Assembly: GCA_028534125.1 (NCBI GenBank)
Contig: CM052816.1
Span: 54,500,001 to 54,564,000 of the forward strand
Direction: 5' to 3'
Length of the DNA: 64,000 nucleotides
DNA from: Lama glama
Lineage: Eukaryota
Shown here piece by piece: positions 26,760 to 38,464 of the stretch; the stretch's first letter is position 1, and each line of letters opens with the position of its first letter. A program made the translations under genes and the position numbers. The notes under the pieces are model-generated. The model was given only the letters and a program-made list of their open reading frames with translations, did not search any database and was not told where the DNA came from.

Positions 26760-27740
26760 TTAGATCAGCTCCAAAGAGGAAAATCATCAGGTACAAAGAT
26801 TGGGAATTAGAATCGCAGGACTTCTCAGAGCAATACTAGAAGCAAGAAGACAAGGGAATGCCTTCCAAATTCTGAGAGAAATGATTTTAAACCTACAAGT
26901 CTACATCCATCTAAACTATCAATCAATCATAAGGCTAGAATAAAGACATTTTGAGACATTCAGAGTCTCAGTTAATTTACTACCTTTCTTCAGGAAGCTC
27001 CTGGAGAATAAGATCCACCAATAAGAGGGAATAAACCAAGAAAGAGGAAGATGAGAAACACAGGAAATAGGAAACCCAGCACAGGAGAGAGACGAAGGGA
27101 AGTTCACTCCTGACAGCACATGGAAGTTCCATCCTGTTGCACAGACAGCAACAAGAGCAACCTGGGGCAGAAGGGTGAAGGGCCCCAGGGCTCACTGCAG
27201 TGTGGGGAATCATCAGGTACAAAGACTGGGAATTAGCATCACAGGACTGGATAGGGAATTAGAATTGTGTGAAAAACATATAAAATGCTATTGTGGAGAA
27301 TGAGAAAACTCAAGTACATACACAACAAAAAACAAAGAAATGAAAAATGACACACACTAGCTTTAGAAAAATAAAAAAAGATGCATATGAATAGAAACAT
27401 AATCATAGTTCACTATGGTTCAGCTGTAGACAATATTTCATATTAAGACAGTCATAAAAATTGAAATATAACTACATGGGGCAACTGGGAAGAAGAAAGT
27501 AAAATCCTTATCCACCAGAATAGAAAGTTACTAGATACTATCCAACATCGATAAATCTGGAGAAAACAATATAATACATCTCATTTAGCAAAATGGAAGA
27601 AATGTACTGAGTCTGGGAAGTGGAATTAGAAAATATGAAGAGTGAGACAGGGGTTGCTCTTTTTTGTTGCAAGTCTTCTATCAATATTTGACTCTTTTGT
27701 GAAAATATGTGCATATATTATTCTGATAAAATTTTTAAAG
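26760..27740 (+). mobile_element. Old L1ME-like fragment; related relics at about 20000-20870 and 23800-24270
   Basis: ttctcagagcaatactagaagcaagaagac...tgccttccaaattctgagagaaatgattt is a typical old L1 ORF1-end phrase. Confidence 0.65.
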
Positions 27741-27942
27741 GCCTAGGGAAAGGTAATACAATAAGCCTGTGTAACACTTCGGTGAGAGCACATTTCATCC
27801 ATTTTGTCATTTATTGGGTAATCATTTATGCTTTGTTTCAGGAATCAGGATAAAGGTTAACACTGCACGGTGTTTAGTGATTACAGAACAGGTTTGCATG
27901 TATTTAGTCTTGTGATTTAATTCTCACAACTCTATGAGGTTG

Positions 27943-28265
27943 ACAGAAAAGCAAATTTACCACGATGCTAATGAATCTTAAGCTTCAGGACCCCTCACTG
28001 AATGGACAGCTTCCTAACTCCAGGAAGGGGCCCTAGCAATATGTTTGCATACACAAAAAGACCTTTTGTTAAGATGATGGTTTCTTTATACTCCAACTTC
28101 CAAAGCAACATACTTCCCCTGATATGGCCATGGGCATTACTTCTAAATAATTACACATTTTGTATCCATGCAAACTGTATTCACAATTTTGAATTCTTTC
28201 GTTTAAAAAGGGGTTCCTCCAAAGAGTAGAAACTTCAAGGCCCATCAAACTCAAATCCACCCCTG
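27943..28265. mobile_element. hAT-Tip100 element (Arthur1/MER69-like) inserted in a MIR
   Basis: atttaccacgatgctaatgaatcttaagcttcaggacccctcac start and gcccatcaaactcaaatccacccctg end, with MIR sequence on both sides. Confidence 0.6.
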
Positions 28266-29013
28266 GATAAGTATTATCTATCCTGTTTTACAAACTGATG
28301 AATGAGGTTAAGTGGCACTGCCCAAGTATGCACATCTGGACTTAAATTCAGACATCTGACTGTCCAAATCCATTTTCTTTCCACTACTCCATAATTCATC
28401 ACTAGATGGTAGAAGCAAGGTTAAGAGGCATCAGTTCCTTTACGGGGAGAATCAGTCCTGGAACTTGGAAGGAAAGGTGGCAAAACTGAGCCATCAGAAT
28501 TCATGTGATACTGTTCTGGGTAACAGGTGGTGGTGGAAGAGACAAAAGGAAAATTCACTGAAGACACATCATGATGACACATAATTTTATCCTCAGCTGG
28601 CTCAGCCTACTGGTTGGAGAGCAATTACACTAAGATGCTTCCCGTGAGACACAATCTACTTGGAGTAGGAAGAGGTAATCTCCTTCTTCCAAATATCTCT
28701 TATTTCATCCTGGCCTCTGGAAGACAGATCTTGGTATCTCCATAATGCATCTCTAGACAGTGGGAAGAGCCTGAGGCAGGCTGAAGTCAGAGGTCAGGAA
28801 ATCAAAGACTCGTAGAATTGGAAGAGACACTTGGGGTGATTTAGCTCAACTCAATGAGAGGAGGCAGGCCATAGTGAGAGGCAGCACACGTGGTTAGGAG
28901 CCTGGCTTGAACTTGGCTTCTATCTGGGTGGAAGCTGTATGATACTAAGGAAGCTATTTAACCTCTATGCCTCTGTGTCTTCACTTGTAAACTAGAGATC
29001 GCAAAATGAGTCC

Positions 29014-29300
29014 ACAGTCCCTTATCTAGAATTCAGAATCCATAAATCTAAAATTATTTCAAAACCTATTTCATGGGAATTGCCAATCTGAACTCATTCG
29101 GCAGCAAAGTCTAGCCCAATTCATGTACAGGAATTTATTCCACTTAATGTAAAATTTGTATGCCTCACCACAGAAATATTAATGTATTTGACAGTGCCAT
29201 GGAGTGCTTTCTAACTTAAGGTAGATGTACCATGCACCTTCCTAAAATCAAAGAATTTTAAAGCACATCTGGTCTTAAGGCTTTCGGATAAAAGCCTGTG
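29014..29300. mobile_element. TcMar-Tigger-like MITE inserted in a MIR
   Basis: Imperfect inverted termini cacagtcccttatc ... gataaaagcctgtg. The MIR continues on either side. Confidence 0.5.
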
Positions 29301-31059
29301 GATCTTAAGTGCCTACCTCAAAGGCTGTTGGTGAGGATTAAATTAGCAATATAGGAAAGGTGCTCAGAGTAGCACAGGGTACAAAATAAGGGCTCTAGAC
29401 AGGTTTTCTGTTATTACGGGGAACCCCCTCTATGACTATATTCCTGAGAGATGATATCTGGCATTTATCTGACACCTAGGGTGGAGAATTCACTTCTTTA
29501 TGAGACAATCTAGTTTGAATGCTGGATATTTCTAATCAATCTAATCTCATAATATGCTGACATTTGCCTTTTTCTGACTTCCCCTCACTAGTCACAGTCA
29601 GATTTCAATACGGCTTTCGCAGACAGCGCTGTGTCTCCCCGGGTCTTCTTCTCCCCATGGTTAATTGTTCTTCATATATTGCTCCCAGACCAACCTGTTA
29701 GCTCTCCCCCTGATGCACTCCAGTTTCCCAATATACCCTTTCAGATGCAGTGCCCAAAACAAAAGCCAGAGGTCCATATGGGTTCTGACCAGCGTAGAAT
29801 ACAGTCCACATTTTTTCTGTGCTCCAGATTGTGAAAAACAACTGCATCTCAGCATGAAAACAGAAGTGAGAAGGGAGGAGATGTGGAAAAACACAATCAA
29901 GGCCATCACAGAGTTTCATCAGAAAACCATACTAAAAAAAATTCAGTTTCAAAACAATTTTTTTCCAGTTTCCCTGAGCTGAGATGGAAAACAGTGAGCA
30001 GCCTAGACTGATCGAAATGCAAGAGTCAAACAAAGCAGAAGTAAGACTGGTGACGTTATGCCAATTCATTTACTGAGAAATACAACAGACAGGAAGGCCG
30101 GGGCCCGTGTGAGGGTCACAGACCATAACCCACAGTCTAAGAAGAACGAGCCATCTTCCAACAGAAGGAGAAGAAGCAGAGCTAAATAAAACTCTGACAA
30201 GTATCAACAGCAATTTACAGTGAATTACTGAGAAGCAGGAGGACACTGCCCCCTCCAGTAGGCACAGCTAGACCCCTCCTCATCCCTGGCCTTGACCCCC
30301 TCTGGTTAAAGAGAACCTGAGCAAATAAACCGACTGGAGTGGAAGAAATCCATTTCCAGGGTAGGCAATGCGATCGCTCACTCCAGCTGTGATGGGAACA
30401 GTGAGAAAAACATCCTTCTCTTGCAGTGCCATCCCGGCTACCTGCAAAGAGTGCCTAGAATTCTAGATTCTTTGGGGTTTTGCTAAAGACCCCCTAAGAG
30501 CTGGCTGGCGGGTACATAGCGATTCCTTAGTCTATTCTTTCTACTTTATGAAACGTAAAAAATTTTCCATAATAAGATGTTTTGAAAAATTCTCAAGCAC
30601 TTGTAACTTTTTAAAAGAATGATGACAGTCTAATAACTGAACCTGTCCTCCTGTCCCCATAGTGAAGGTATTTTTTGAATGAGAAGCTACCTGCCTTAAT
30701 AAACTGGTCAGGAAAATGTTAGTAATTTTCATGTGGACATATTAGATCATATAGTTGGTTATATATCTAACAGCTGAACAGGGAAATAAACTATTCAGAG
30801 TTTTGATACTGAAAACTGTCTTCAGGATGTCGGTGAATGAGAGAGCTATCAGGTTAAAGTCTGGTTAAAGGCAAGGATGTTAGTAAGTCTGGGAATCTCC
30901 AGCCTGGCTTCTCCTTTAGTCCACTGAGAAATGGATTTGTGAGCATGGTCCTCAGACCCAGAGCAAATCCAGTATCAGAACCACACAGATAAAGAAGGAG
31001 TCAGGAAAATGATTAGATGAATAGACTTCAACCTAGTTCTGGTCAAACGCATGAAGGTT

Positions 31060-31570
31060 TCAAAACATTTCCAATTCTCTGATGTCCCTTCCTTCAACAG
31101 GTGAAGCCTAATTCCCTTTCCCTTGAGTTGGGCTGTACTTAGTGACTCAGTTCTAAGAAAGAGAATGTAGTGGAAGTGACAGTGTGTGACTTCTGAGACT
31201 AGGTCATAAAAGGCATTATGATACTTCTCTCTTTCTTTCTCGTCACTCTTTGGAGGAAGCCAATGGCCATGTCATAAGGACATTCAAACAGTCCTACAGT
31301 GAGGCCCAGGCTGTGTGGAACTAAGGCCTCCTGCCGACAGCCATGCAGTGAGCCACCTTGGATGTGGCTCTTTCAGTCCTAAGCAAGCTTTTGGACAGAT
31401 GCAGCCTTGGCTTGAAATACTGCATATGATGTCATGAGAGACCCTGAGCGGCCACCCAGTTAAGTTGCTCCTGAAATCCTAACCCACAGAAACTGTGGGT
31501 AATAATTACTCATCTGTTACAAGACCTTAAATTTGGGGCTCATTCTTTATGCAGTGATATGTAAATAACA
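31060..31570 (+). mobile_element. MLT1-family MaLR LTR
   Basis: ccttgagttgggctgtacttagtgactc...gacttctgagactaggtcataaaagg...acccacagaaactgtg...ttatgcagtgatatgtaaataaca. Confidence 0.75.
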
Positions 31571-31599
31571 TAATACTTCCTCTGCAGCGCTCACATCCT

Positions 31600-33035
31600 C
31601 TTGTTTGACTCTTAAGTGGAGCATTGCTGCAGGTGACCGTTCCTGCATAGGCTTTGGAGCCTCTCACCTCAGCCCACGCCGGGGACCTTTCACTTCATAT
31701 ACTGGGGATTCTCTTAGGTGTGGGACACCTGCAAGCTGCCCTCTAGCACTCACACAATGAGAAAGGAACCAATGGATAAATGCTTTCCCTTTGATCACTC
31801 AGGCATTAGGTTCTGAGATGGCTTTTATAAGACTTCTGAGAAGGTTCGGGCAAACTTGAGCACCAGCTGCTCAGTTGCCTCTAACTTTTCTATTTACCCT
31901 GCCTTTTATTACGACAATTTTCAAACAGAGAAGTTGAAAGAACTTTACAGTTAAAATCCATATATCCACCACCTAGATTGTATAACAGACATTTAACTCT
32001 TTCCTTTATTACATGTCTATTCATTTATCTATCCCTCTGTCCATCTATGAATACATCTTATTTTTAAATGCACTTCAAAGTAATTTGCAGACAACAGTAC
32101 ATTTTACCTCTAAACACTTCAGCATGCACCTCATTAATGAGAATTCAATACCTTTATGATTTTTTTCTTTAAAGCAAAACTTCTATTCAGTGAAATGCAG
32201 AAATCTCAAGTGTACCACTCATTAGGGCTTGAAAAATAGATTCACCTGTGTGACCCAAATCCTCGGAAGACAGGAGCGTTTCCTTGTGCCCATTTTCTGT
32301 CAGTTTCCATTTCTGCACACACACCCCCATACAGACCACTGTTTCGATTTTTCCTCACCTTAGATTAGTTTTGCCTGTTCTGCACCTCCACATAAATGGA
32401 ACAAAAGAGTACTCTTCCATGTGAGGCTCTGTCCCCCAACGTGTTCTAACATTTATCCGTATGGTTGTATCAGTAGCCTTCCTTTTTATTACTGGAGGAA
32501 CATGCCAGTTTGCTTATCCATCCTTCTGCAAATACGCTGCTTCTAGTTTTTGACTATTATGAAGAATGCTGTTGTGAACATTCTTACACAAGTCTGTGTA
32601 TAGATATTTCCACCAAGTATTCAGGAATGGAATTGCTGGGTCATAGAGATGTACATTTAGTTTTACAAGAAACTGCCAGGCTTTTCATAAGTGGGTGCCC
32701 CATTTTGCGTTCTGACTGATAATTTATGAGAGTGCCAATTATACCACATCCTCAACAACATTTGCCAGTCTTTGTAATGTAGCCATTCGAGTAGGCACCC
32801 AGTAGGTGTCTCATGTGATAGGAATCTGAATTCCCCTGATGACCAGTGATACTGAGCACTTTTCCATGTGTGTATTGGTCACAGTGTATTAACAGTGCAT
32901 TCTTATTTGACCTTTCCACCTTCCCTGTTGCACTCTCCCAATACTCACTCCTGGAATCCAGTATCATTTCTCAAGTAAAATCCTGTTCGTGACCCTTTAT
33001 CTTGGCTCTGCTTTAGGGATATCCAGCCTAAGATT
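31600..33035 (+). mobile_element. LTR16-like ERV-L LTR interrupted by minus-strand L1M fragments (about 31900-32890)
   Basis: LTR16-type 3' end ggctctgctttagggatatccagcctaaga at about 33005-33032. The intervening block is antisense L1 3' sequence (aagtgtaccactc, ttgcctgttctg, gaatggaattgctgggtcatag). Confidence 0.55.
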
Positions 33036-33784
33036 CCCACTCCTGTGAAAACAGCAAAGATGATGCTTCTCTGTTAACAGGTGTGCTTCCAGGCGATATG
33101 TTGGGGAGGAGGTTCAGAAAAACGTACCTCTGACTAGGAGTATTCTATAAGACCACGTGCAGATAAGTTTCTGTATCCTTTACAATCAAAGAAAGCCTAA
33201 TTCTCTATTGTCATTGTTAGAATCACTAAGATGGTCATTCACACTAAGTTCAAACACAAAGGACACTGGTCTAAGAAACAGGCAGGGAAATGGCTTAGGA
33301 AATAAAATTTTTCTTCCACCCATCACTTAAACGTCACATAAGACCCAGGCCAGCATCTGAATGGTGGGCACCATCCTTCCTCTGCACCCAGAGCATCCTG
33401 AAGCACCTCATGACTTCCCGGCACCCAGGCCCAAGAGAACCAGGTGAGAGAGACGCCCCCGTCACCCTCTCCTCCAGCCGACCCTCCGCTCAAACTCTGC
33501 CCCAGGATCTGGGTCTTCTATCACAACAACAAAAAACCTGCAAGCTGAACTGAGGACTCTAGACTTAGAGACAGAACAACCACCTAGAATAGTACCTGTA
33601 CACGTGCACTCAATAGTTTTTGACTGAAAAAATAACAAGTGTACAAATGAATGGCTGGATATTTCAGCAACAGTTCAAAGCAGAATGTGGCAAATGCATG
33701 ACAAATACAATGACTGATACAAAGTTCAAGTTCCATGGGGAGGGCCAAGTATGGAAGAGGAAAGTGTACATTCCTCCAGCCCCG

Positions 33785-34350
33785 CAAGCTGGTCTGGGAG
33801 CAACCAAACCCACAGCCTCACTCCTCCTGACCTGGCCCAGAGACCCGCACCAGTGCCTAAGGCTCTGAGGAAGCCAAGGAGACTCAGGTGATGGTGGACA
33901 CAGGCGGTGGCAGCTGGGGTACCGTCACACTCTCACTGCCCCAGCCAATACAGAACAGGGTGCACCCTGGGACCCTGCGAGCTGTGACCACACAGCCTGG
34001 GTCCAAGTCCATAGGGGTCACAGTCACAAAGCCACCAAAATGGAGCAAGAAGAGCCTTTCCCCTCATGGAGGGCCTGGAAGTAGCCTCTGCCAGGGTGGC
34101 AACTAACAGCAGTTTGGAAAGTGGTTCTCGGGGTGGAAAGCTGCATGGTCCTGCTCAGGAGAAGGATCTAGAAATCTGTGGTGCAGAGAGGTTGGGGTGA
34201 CAGGTGGTGCCTGGGGCACAGGCTGAGGATGTGACAACTGGAAAGGGTACCATTTTCTCAGCAGCAGAAGAGGAGGCTGAGGTGACAGAGGCAGAGCAGG
34301 TGGAAGAGGGAGACATGGAGGAGGAGAAGCCAGCAGGTGAAGACATGGAC
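33785..34350 (+). pseudogene. Degenerate processed pseudogene fragment of the TSPYL1/TSPYL4/TSPYL6 family (N-terminal part only)
   Basis: Frame-stitched translation: QTHSLTPPDLA / PRDPHQCLRL / EEAKETQVMVDTGGGSWGTVTL / PWDPASCDHTAWVQVHRGHSHKATKMEQEEP / MEGLEVASARVATNSSLESGSRGGKLHGPAQEKDLEICGAERLG*QVVPGAQAEDVTTGKGTIFSAAEEE...EEEKPAGEDMD. This is colinear with recalled TSPYL motifs (QTHS, ATQVMAxxGGGS, QDPA, EGLxAAS, EKALEICGA, AEEVKTGK, EKPGGEEMD). Several frameshifts and a TGA at 34198-34200. The NAP domain is absent. Confidence 0.85.
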
Positions 34351-34520
34351 CAAGTGTCCTCGCTGAGATGTGCCCTAAGTGTAAATTCACACTGGACTTC
34401 AAAGACTTAGTACAGATAAAAGAATGTAAAACATCTCAATTTTTATACTGATTACATGTTGAAATACTACTTTTGATACACTGTATGAAATACAATATTA
34501 CTTAAAAAAATTTTAATATG
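34351..34520 (+). mobile_element. MER33/MER3-like hAT-Charlie fragment abutting the TSPYL relic
   Basis: ctgagatgtgccctaagtgtaaattcacactggacttcaaagacttagtac...gattacatgttgaaat matches recalled MER33. Confidence 0.7.
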
Positions 34521-37438
34521 GAAGAAATCAGTGTGCAGGGATGGGCATGAAAGACTTATGGGAGTTGAACAATCTGAACGGAGCCTTGAAGGGTAAGTAG
34601 GATTGAGCTGGTGGGAGAAAAGGGGGACAGCCTGTAAGAAAGGTCCCAGCCTGTGCAGACCCGAACTCCTTCTGAGAACTCACTTCACAGCTGAAATTAA
34701 ACCTCATTTTAGTACTGAAAAAATAAGGGACACTGAAATCAGTAGATTTGGGTTAAAAAAAACAACCCACTCACAACTTCTTAGTGTTGGATAAATCACT
34801 CAATAAATCTGTGACTCCAATTTCTCATCTACAAATAGGTATCAGAAAAATTCTACCTCACGTGGCTCTATCAATACCTAAATTAGATAGTATGTTAGAG
34901 TTTTGTTATAAAGCACCTTGAAATGTATCATTCTCACTTCTCCTCCACTGTTTCTGTATTGCCACGTCTTCCCAGCAGTTTATTTCATAAGACTTCCCAG
35001 CAGTTTATTTCTCATTCAACGTCTGTGTGTAGTCAGGGAGGCCAGTGCACGTTAATGTATTTTCAAAAGTTCCCCTTCCGAATACAAGTCTCTTCCACAG
35101 ATATTAGGCTCTTCTAGCTGACTCTGAAGGTAGGGGGTCTCTGCATAAGAAAATGGACATTTCCCATCTTGCCGAGTTTCCCGCTCAACTCACGGCAGCA
35201 CCATCCGCCCAGGTGGGTCACCCTGACAGCACTCCCTCAATCCCCGTATCGAATCTGTGAATAAGCCCTGTCCATCCTGCCTCTCAGACATCTATCATTT
35301 CTCTGGCTGCCACCCCAGTCTAACGTTCATCTTTGCCTGAACTACTGCAACAACCTCCTAGATGCCATTAAATTTCTGACAGTTGCCCATCTCTCTACAA
35401 CTATCCTTACTCTGCAGCCAAAGTGATTTTCTCACTGTTAGGGGAAAAGCATTCACCTTGTACCATTCAGTACGATATTAGCTGAAAGGTTTTTGTTGAT
35501 GCTGTTTATTAGGTTAAGAGAGTCCCCTTTCGTTTCAAGAGGGCTGAGAACTTCTTTGATGACTGGGTGCTGAATCCTGTCAAATGCTCTTGATGTGGTA
35601 CATTATAGGAACCCTGCCTGTTACCGTGGTCTTAATGGGAGACAGAATTGGAAGAACAGGGGAAGGTGGTATTTTCTGAAATAATTGGATGCATTTTGGC
35701 TAGTAGAAGGGGGCTGCCTAGGGGCCATCTGGAGGTCCCTGCTGGCTCCGTGATTCAAAGGCAGCTGGGTACACGGCACGTCCTTTGAAACTACCGATTC
35801 CATCTTATTCTGTGCATGACAACTGGGATCCATTCTCTGACCCTAAGAGTACCATCTTAGCATGCTCCAAGAGAGTTTTGCTTGGTATCCATTCCCTCTG
35901 CCTTACTGTCTGTTAACAAACAGCAACTGTGACATCTCCAACATGAAACTGGGGATACAGTTTACCTACTATTCATTGGCAGTGCTTGTAATTAGCTATT
36001 AAACTCAGGTGCCAAATCCCAGTGCAAATCTCTTCATCAGAGGACAACTAATTAAACTTGATGTTCTTATTAGAAATCTATAGTTTCCCTAACCTTTCAT
36101 TCAGGCCATGGATTCCATGTGATGAGCGTCACCTTACAATTTATCATTATCAGTCATATCACTTTATTTTATCTTACAGTACTTCATACTACTTAAAATG
36201 ACATCTCTTGATTTTTCAGAATGACACGTTTGAAGGACAAAACAATGGTCATTTAATAATTAAAGATATCATGAAACAACAAAAGCAGTAAAATATATTT
36301 AGAAATTCATTCCTATTTTATTAGCTTTGAATCATTTTCATGTTCTCACTCTCTTGGCCATCGTCCCACATGAATGATGCTCAAACCTCAGGATGCACTG
36401 TCTCTGCTGGCAAACAGTATATGAGCAGATTCCTGGACCCTGACCTGCGACTGTGATTCCCCAAGTCTGGGAGCCCTCCAGGTGATCTGGATGTCGGTGA
36501 TCCATGAACACCTTCGGAGAGGCTCTCACCTCTGGTATGTTACCCGCCTCGGCCAGGGACAGGACAGTCTGTGCCTCTGCTGAGTCCACAGAAAATTCCC
36601 AGGCAGAGGTGGGTTTGAGCCAAGCGTCCAAGAGAAGCCTCAAGGGTAGACGTATCACGAGGTAGCCACTACACGTCCACCCTCTGTAATCTAACTTAGT
36701 AAGGCCCCACAGCCCTGGGAGTGAGGTGCAAGGTCACCATCCTGATAGGAGTGAGCATCACTGAAATGGCTGTGGACAAGACTCTTCGGTCTGCCTTTAG
36801 AAAATGCTTAAATATTTAACTGCCTTGTTGTCCTCCCCTCCCCACTGGCCAAAGTCACCAGGGATTCGTCCTTGTTCCTGGACACAAATCACAACAGTAA
36901 TAATAACCCCCTATATTTTATAATGAGACAGAGAGCCACTGAATTGCAGGACCAGAAGAAATCATTGAGACTGCCTCATTCAACCCTTTCAACCCAGAGA
37001 GGTGAAAAGCAGATGACGTGGTGGCAGGGCAGAGAGTCCTGACTCTCAGGCCAGGATTTTCCACTAGAACTTTACAAAATCAGTTCACATCTTTGAATCA
37101 TTAATCTATCTGCCCTGTCTGTGCCCCTGCCTTAGAACAAAACTCAAAATGCTCCCCTAGAAGACAAATAAATCACAAGCAACCAACCAAACCACACTGA
37201 TTCGTAGGGTGGAGTGCGGGCTGACAGCTGCCGGGGGCCGGCCCTGCCCAGGCTCCGTCTCAGCAGTGATGTAGCTAGCTCACCTGCCTACAGGTCTGAG
37301 GTGACTGCCCTGAATGGTCATGAACTGAAATGAACAATAATGACCACCAGAAAAGAACTGCTGACAATAAACATCTTCTTTTCTTGAACTCTGGGCATGA
37401 AATTTTGCCAGTAAAACAACAAGTAAAAATAAGGTAAA

Positions 37439-37895
37439 TTTTTTTTTATGGCTGAGTAGTATTTCATTGTATATATACCACATCTTCTTTAACCATCTGT
37501 CCATGGACATTTAGGTTGCTTCCATGTCTTGGCTGTTGTAAATAGTGCTGCTGTGAACACTGGGGTGCATGTATCTTTTCAAATTAGAGTTTCCTCTGGA
37601 TATATGTCCAGAAGTGGGATTGCTGGATCATAGGGTATGTCTATTTTTAGTTTCTTAAGGAATCTCCATACTGTTCTTCATAGTGGCTGCACCAATTTCC
37701 ACCAACAATGTAGGAGGGTTCCCTTTCCTCCACACCCTCTCTTGCATTTATTATTTGTAGACTTTTGAATGATGGCCATTCTGACTGGTGTGAGGTGATA
37801 CCTCATTGTAGTTTTGATTTGCATTTTTCTAATAATCAGCAATACTGAGCATTTTTTATGTGCCCATAGGCCATTTGTATATCTTCACTGGAGAA
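37439..37895 (-). mobile_element. Relatively young L1 ORF2-end fragment
   Basis: Antisense L1: ggctgagtagtatttcattg...ggccattctgactggtgtgaggtgatacctcattgtagttttgatttgc. Similar to the + strand L1 at about 58990-59420. Confidence 0.9.
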
Positions 37896-37899
37896 CATA

Positions 37900-38320
37900 G
37901 CCACTTTTAAAAATATACACAACACCCCCAAATCAGAAACATCTCAAATGTCCATCAACAGGGAAATGATTAAACAAACCGTGTATACCTGTGTAATGGA
38001 AGAAAACTCAACAGCAAAAAGGAAGAATCCACTAATACACTGCAACAACACGGATGAATCTCAAAAGCACTATGATAAAGAAAGACACCTGAAATTCTAG
38101 AGAATACAAACTTCTCTATAGTGACAGAAAGCAGACCAGCAGTTGCCTGGAGGTGGGAAGAAGGGGAGATTAACTGAACAGGATATAAGGGAATGTTGGA
38201 GGGTTATGGAGATATCCTGTATCTGGACTGAGATGGTGCTTAAATGGCTTTCAAAACCCACCAAACTGTACATAAAATGCAAGTGTTTCGCTGTATATAA
38301 ATTATACTGTAAAATTAATT
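37900..38320 (+). mobile_element. L1MC/MD-like 3' fragment
   Basis: caaatgtccatcaacagg...gcaacaacacggatgaatctcaaaagc...ctgtatataaattatac. Confidence 0.75.
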
Positions 38321-38324
38321 TTTT

Positions 38325-38464
38325 TCTCTTTTTAAAAAATTTTTTTGGTGGGGGGGTAATTAGGTTTGTTTGTTTGTTTATTTTTAATGGAGGTGCTGGG
38401 GATTGAACCCAGAACCTCATGCATGCTAAGCATGTGCTCTACCGAGATATCCCCTCCCTCCCCC
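38325..38464 (-). mobile_element. tRNA-derived SINE, camelid vic-1-like
   Basis: Minus strand reads ggtagagcacatgcttagcatgcatgaggttctgggttcaatccccagcacctcc followed by an (AAAC)n/A tail. Imperfect TSD TAAAATTAATTTTT at 38310 / TAAAATTTACTTTT at 38466. Confidence 0.85.

Noticed and set aside
34200..34350. RGG-box-like reading in an alternative frame (RRGG*GDRGRAGGRGR)
   Set aside because: It is a by-product of the purine-rich Glu-coding frame. The TSPYL alignment explains the region much better.
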